Below, in pieces: positions 61,589-64,000 of a stretch of 64,000 nucleotides of DNA (positions are counted from its first letter, which is position 1; every line of letters starts with the position of its first letter). Made by a program: the position numbers and the translations under genes. Source of the stretch: Azolla caroliniana (lineage: Eukaryota > Plantae > Polypodiophyta); the NCBI GenBank assembly GCA_043228905.1, contig JBHGNT010000016.1, positions 9,114,001 to 9,178,000 of the forward strand, given 5' to 3'. Under the pieces are notes generated by a model that made no database searches, was not told where the DNA came from, and saw only the letters and a program-made list of their open reading frames with translations.

Positions 61589-64000
61589 GGGTAAAAGCAT
61601 GCGAGTGGAAACACTATTTATAGCTAACTAGCTACTAAAATGGGCATAGCTAATTAGCTTTTTGTTTAGCTAGTTTTTTGTGGGAAAATCATAAGGATGG
61701 TTTACAAAATTTTATGTTTTATTAGTTAAATACATGTCATTTAATTTATGAGAATACCCCAAATATTTGAACTTTGGTTTCTGACGTAGTGGAACATGGG
61801 GAATAGTGCCATCATCTAAGGTCGACTTGAATGTCATCAAATTCTTGATAATCCTGAGTTTGAGTTTGAGTTTGAACTCCAAACAGATGGAGTACTCTGA
61901 GCATGAACACAGATGAAGCCCCCGCAGCAACACAAAAACTCTGAGATCGACGTTGCACTTTCAGAGCTACAACACACGAGCAAGTCGATCCTCGTCCAGG
62001 TATGTATCAGTTACATATTAAAATAAAAATAAAAAATCCTTTCTGATAACTATCTGTTACTTTGGTGCCTGTTCATCTTTCCCAAAAATCGAATAGGGCG
62101 AAGTCATTGGAATCCCAAACAAGGATGTATCAAAGATCGGGGTGTAGCAACAGGTGTTTTTCTGATTGACAGAATTTCGTAGTACGGTTGATTTCTGCCT
62201 TTAGTGATGATTAGGGTTTGTGTTTCCCTTAAGTGGTTTAGGGTTTTTGATTACATATTTCAAATTGCAAGTTTTTGGTTACAAATTTCTAATTACAAAT
62301 TTCTGATTACTGTCGCAATCTGTTGTAATTTTGCACCAATTCTCATGACCATTTCTGATTAGGGTTTCTGATTTTTTAAGTGGTTGATTTCTGATACATG
62401 TTGAAAAGGACAGATTACAAATTTCAGATTACTATCTCAAAGTGTTGTAATTTTGCACCTAATTCACATTAGAAATTCTGTTTTTGCACCAATTCTGATT
62501 ACTAATTTTCTATTTCAGGTGGCTCGTTCCTCCCTATCCTAGAGTGCTAAATTTCGCAAAATTTTGCGAGACAAAGGAGGACTTTCACAACATATATAGT
62601 CTGTCGCTCGAAGGTATTGACCCTACTGTTCTAACTGATAGATTGATTAGTGATGTAGATTGGATGTCAGTATATAAAGTGCCTAGAGTGAAAGGCAAGG
62701 TCAAGCTCAAGCATGTACGATCGGACCTGTACGACGACTACATGAGACTGCACCAAAAAGTACATCAAGAGATCCTGGTCAACAACGAGTTGTCCGTTTC
62801 ATTTGCTAGATTTTTTGCATACGAGTATTGCAAAACAATGAAGGAATCTCGTGACCCTGAAATGTACAGGGTAGCTTGGGCAAATTATGGTGAGGCATCA
62901 GTAGAAAGATGTTAGAAGATGGGGGAGCTTGCAACAAAAAATGGCAAGATTTTGGAGCATGGTAGTTTATGATGCAACTGCCGACTCCCAACAAACCCGC
63001 AAGTATACGCCACACCGACACACAATGAAAGCCAATGTTGATGATACATGTGAGACATTGATTAGCTATATGCTAAAAAATGTCCATGAAGCCTGTGAGA
63101 CATTGGAGTTTTTTAAGACTGATTTAGAGAAAGCAACGTTGGTTGCTGCGATGGAGAGCAAAGTCACTTTGGCAGTTACAACAATAAAAAATAAGATTCA
63201 GGTACCTATTGTTTTGCTAATATGTAATATGTTATAAATAACTTGTACATGAAAATGTGCTACTGAGGCATTATTTGGAACAGGTTGCTCAACATGAACT
63301 TGAAATTGAGGGGTCGCTAGATCCCCAGCGGAAAATTCAACTACAGACAGAGATCCAGGTTCTTTCAATGAACCTGGACCTTCTAGGTGTAAATACTATC
63401 GTTGATTACAATTTGGAAAAGCTACAAGTAAGTAAATGATTCTTGTTTCTTGTTGTTGTATCTTCCTCATTAAGAAATAATTAATCGGTAAATTTCTCGG
63501 CTATGTTGAAGGAACTATACTCCCGTCAAGAACAAGTAGTTAGCTGCCTTAAGAAGCAGTTACATTTTGCGGAGGGGATGGTAAGGAGTAGACAAGAATT
63601 GGACCTGAATATTCTTGCTCCCTTACCAAATGAAGGAGAACCAAGAAACGATATATTAACTGTTCAAGTACGTTGCATCGCTTCTAGATTACGTGTAGAG
63701 CACAAATCTGCTACTCTGTTGGTTCACCTACAACCATGCCAGCACACATACCATATCGTTTGTTTTCAATATGCCTATCGCATTGCTGCATTCTGTTTGG
63801 GGGATTGTAGTATAGCTCTCCCAAATGAGTGGAGAAAACACACAGGTAAAATTGCTGCTTGTAACAATAGTGTAGCTAATTAGTTCCATCTTTGCTAATT
63901 AAGTAAGTTGTATAAAGTGTGGAAACTATTTAGCTATTATGGTTGTAGCGTAGTAGCTAATTACCTAACATGTAGTTAATTCGCAAAGTGGTAGCTAATT
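61589..64000. mobile_element. Probable DNA transposon (MULE/Harbinger-like?) inserted into Copia gag; other end not in the window
   Basis: Copia gag stops abruptly at GGGTAAAAGCATGCGAGTGGAAAC; TAGCTAA-rich motifs near 61610-61680 and 63870-64000; no second TIR or TSD visible. Confidence 0.45.
61887..63883 (+). pseudogene. Four-exon gene for an unknown protein with coiled coil and C-terminal RING-H2-like finger
   Basis: Phase-consistent GT-AG introns 62000-62518, 63202-63283 and 63428-63511; C-x2-S..PCQHTYHIVC..C-x3-C; nonsense codon in exon 1 and a stop plus frameshift near 62915. Confidence 0.6.

Noticed and set aside
62200-62370. Interstitial telomere
   Set aside because: Only isolated TAGGGTTT motifs, no tandem TTTAGGG array

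Overview
This is eukaryotic (land-plant, probably moss-like; inference) heterochromatin made almost entirely of nested transposons. I can support no ordinary host gene, rRNA, complete tRNA gene or CRISPR array. It holds several Ty1/Copia elements (tRNA-iMet PBS, 5-bp TSDs) and three kinds of Ty3/Gypsy element: (1) an iMet-primed element with an open gag-protease frame at 1-1419 that the ORF track missed; (2) a tRNA-Trp-primed clade with TGTCGT..ACGACA LTR ends and 4-bp TSDs; (3) an Athila/Tat-like family with an extra coiled-coil ORF. There are also solo LTRs, a complete hAT transposon (8510-14319) and a probable DNA transposon carrying an intron-containing RING-like gene (61589 onward). The most notable signals are: a tRNA-Arg 3'-end mimic placed where the polypurine tract should be in two Athila/Tat-like copies; a young gag-only element with a 593-aa repeat-containing ORF; CpG-centred 4-bp target sites; antisense tRNA-like A/B-box modules inside LTRs; and a split TSD plus split integrase frame implying an inversion of more than 40 kb. 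All coordinates and alignments were read by eye and may be off by a few bases.
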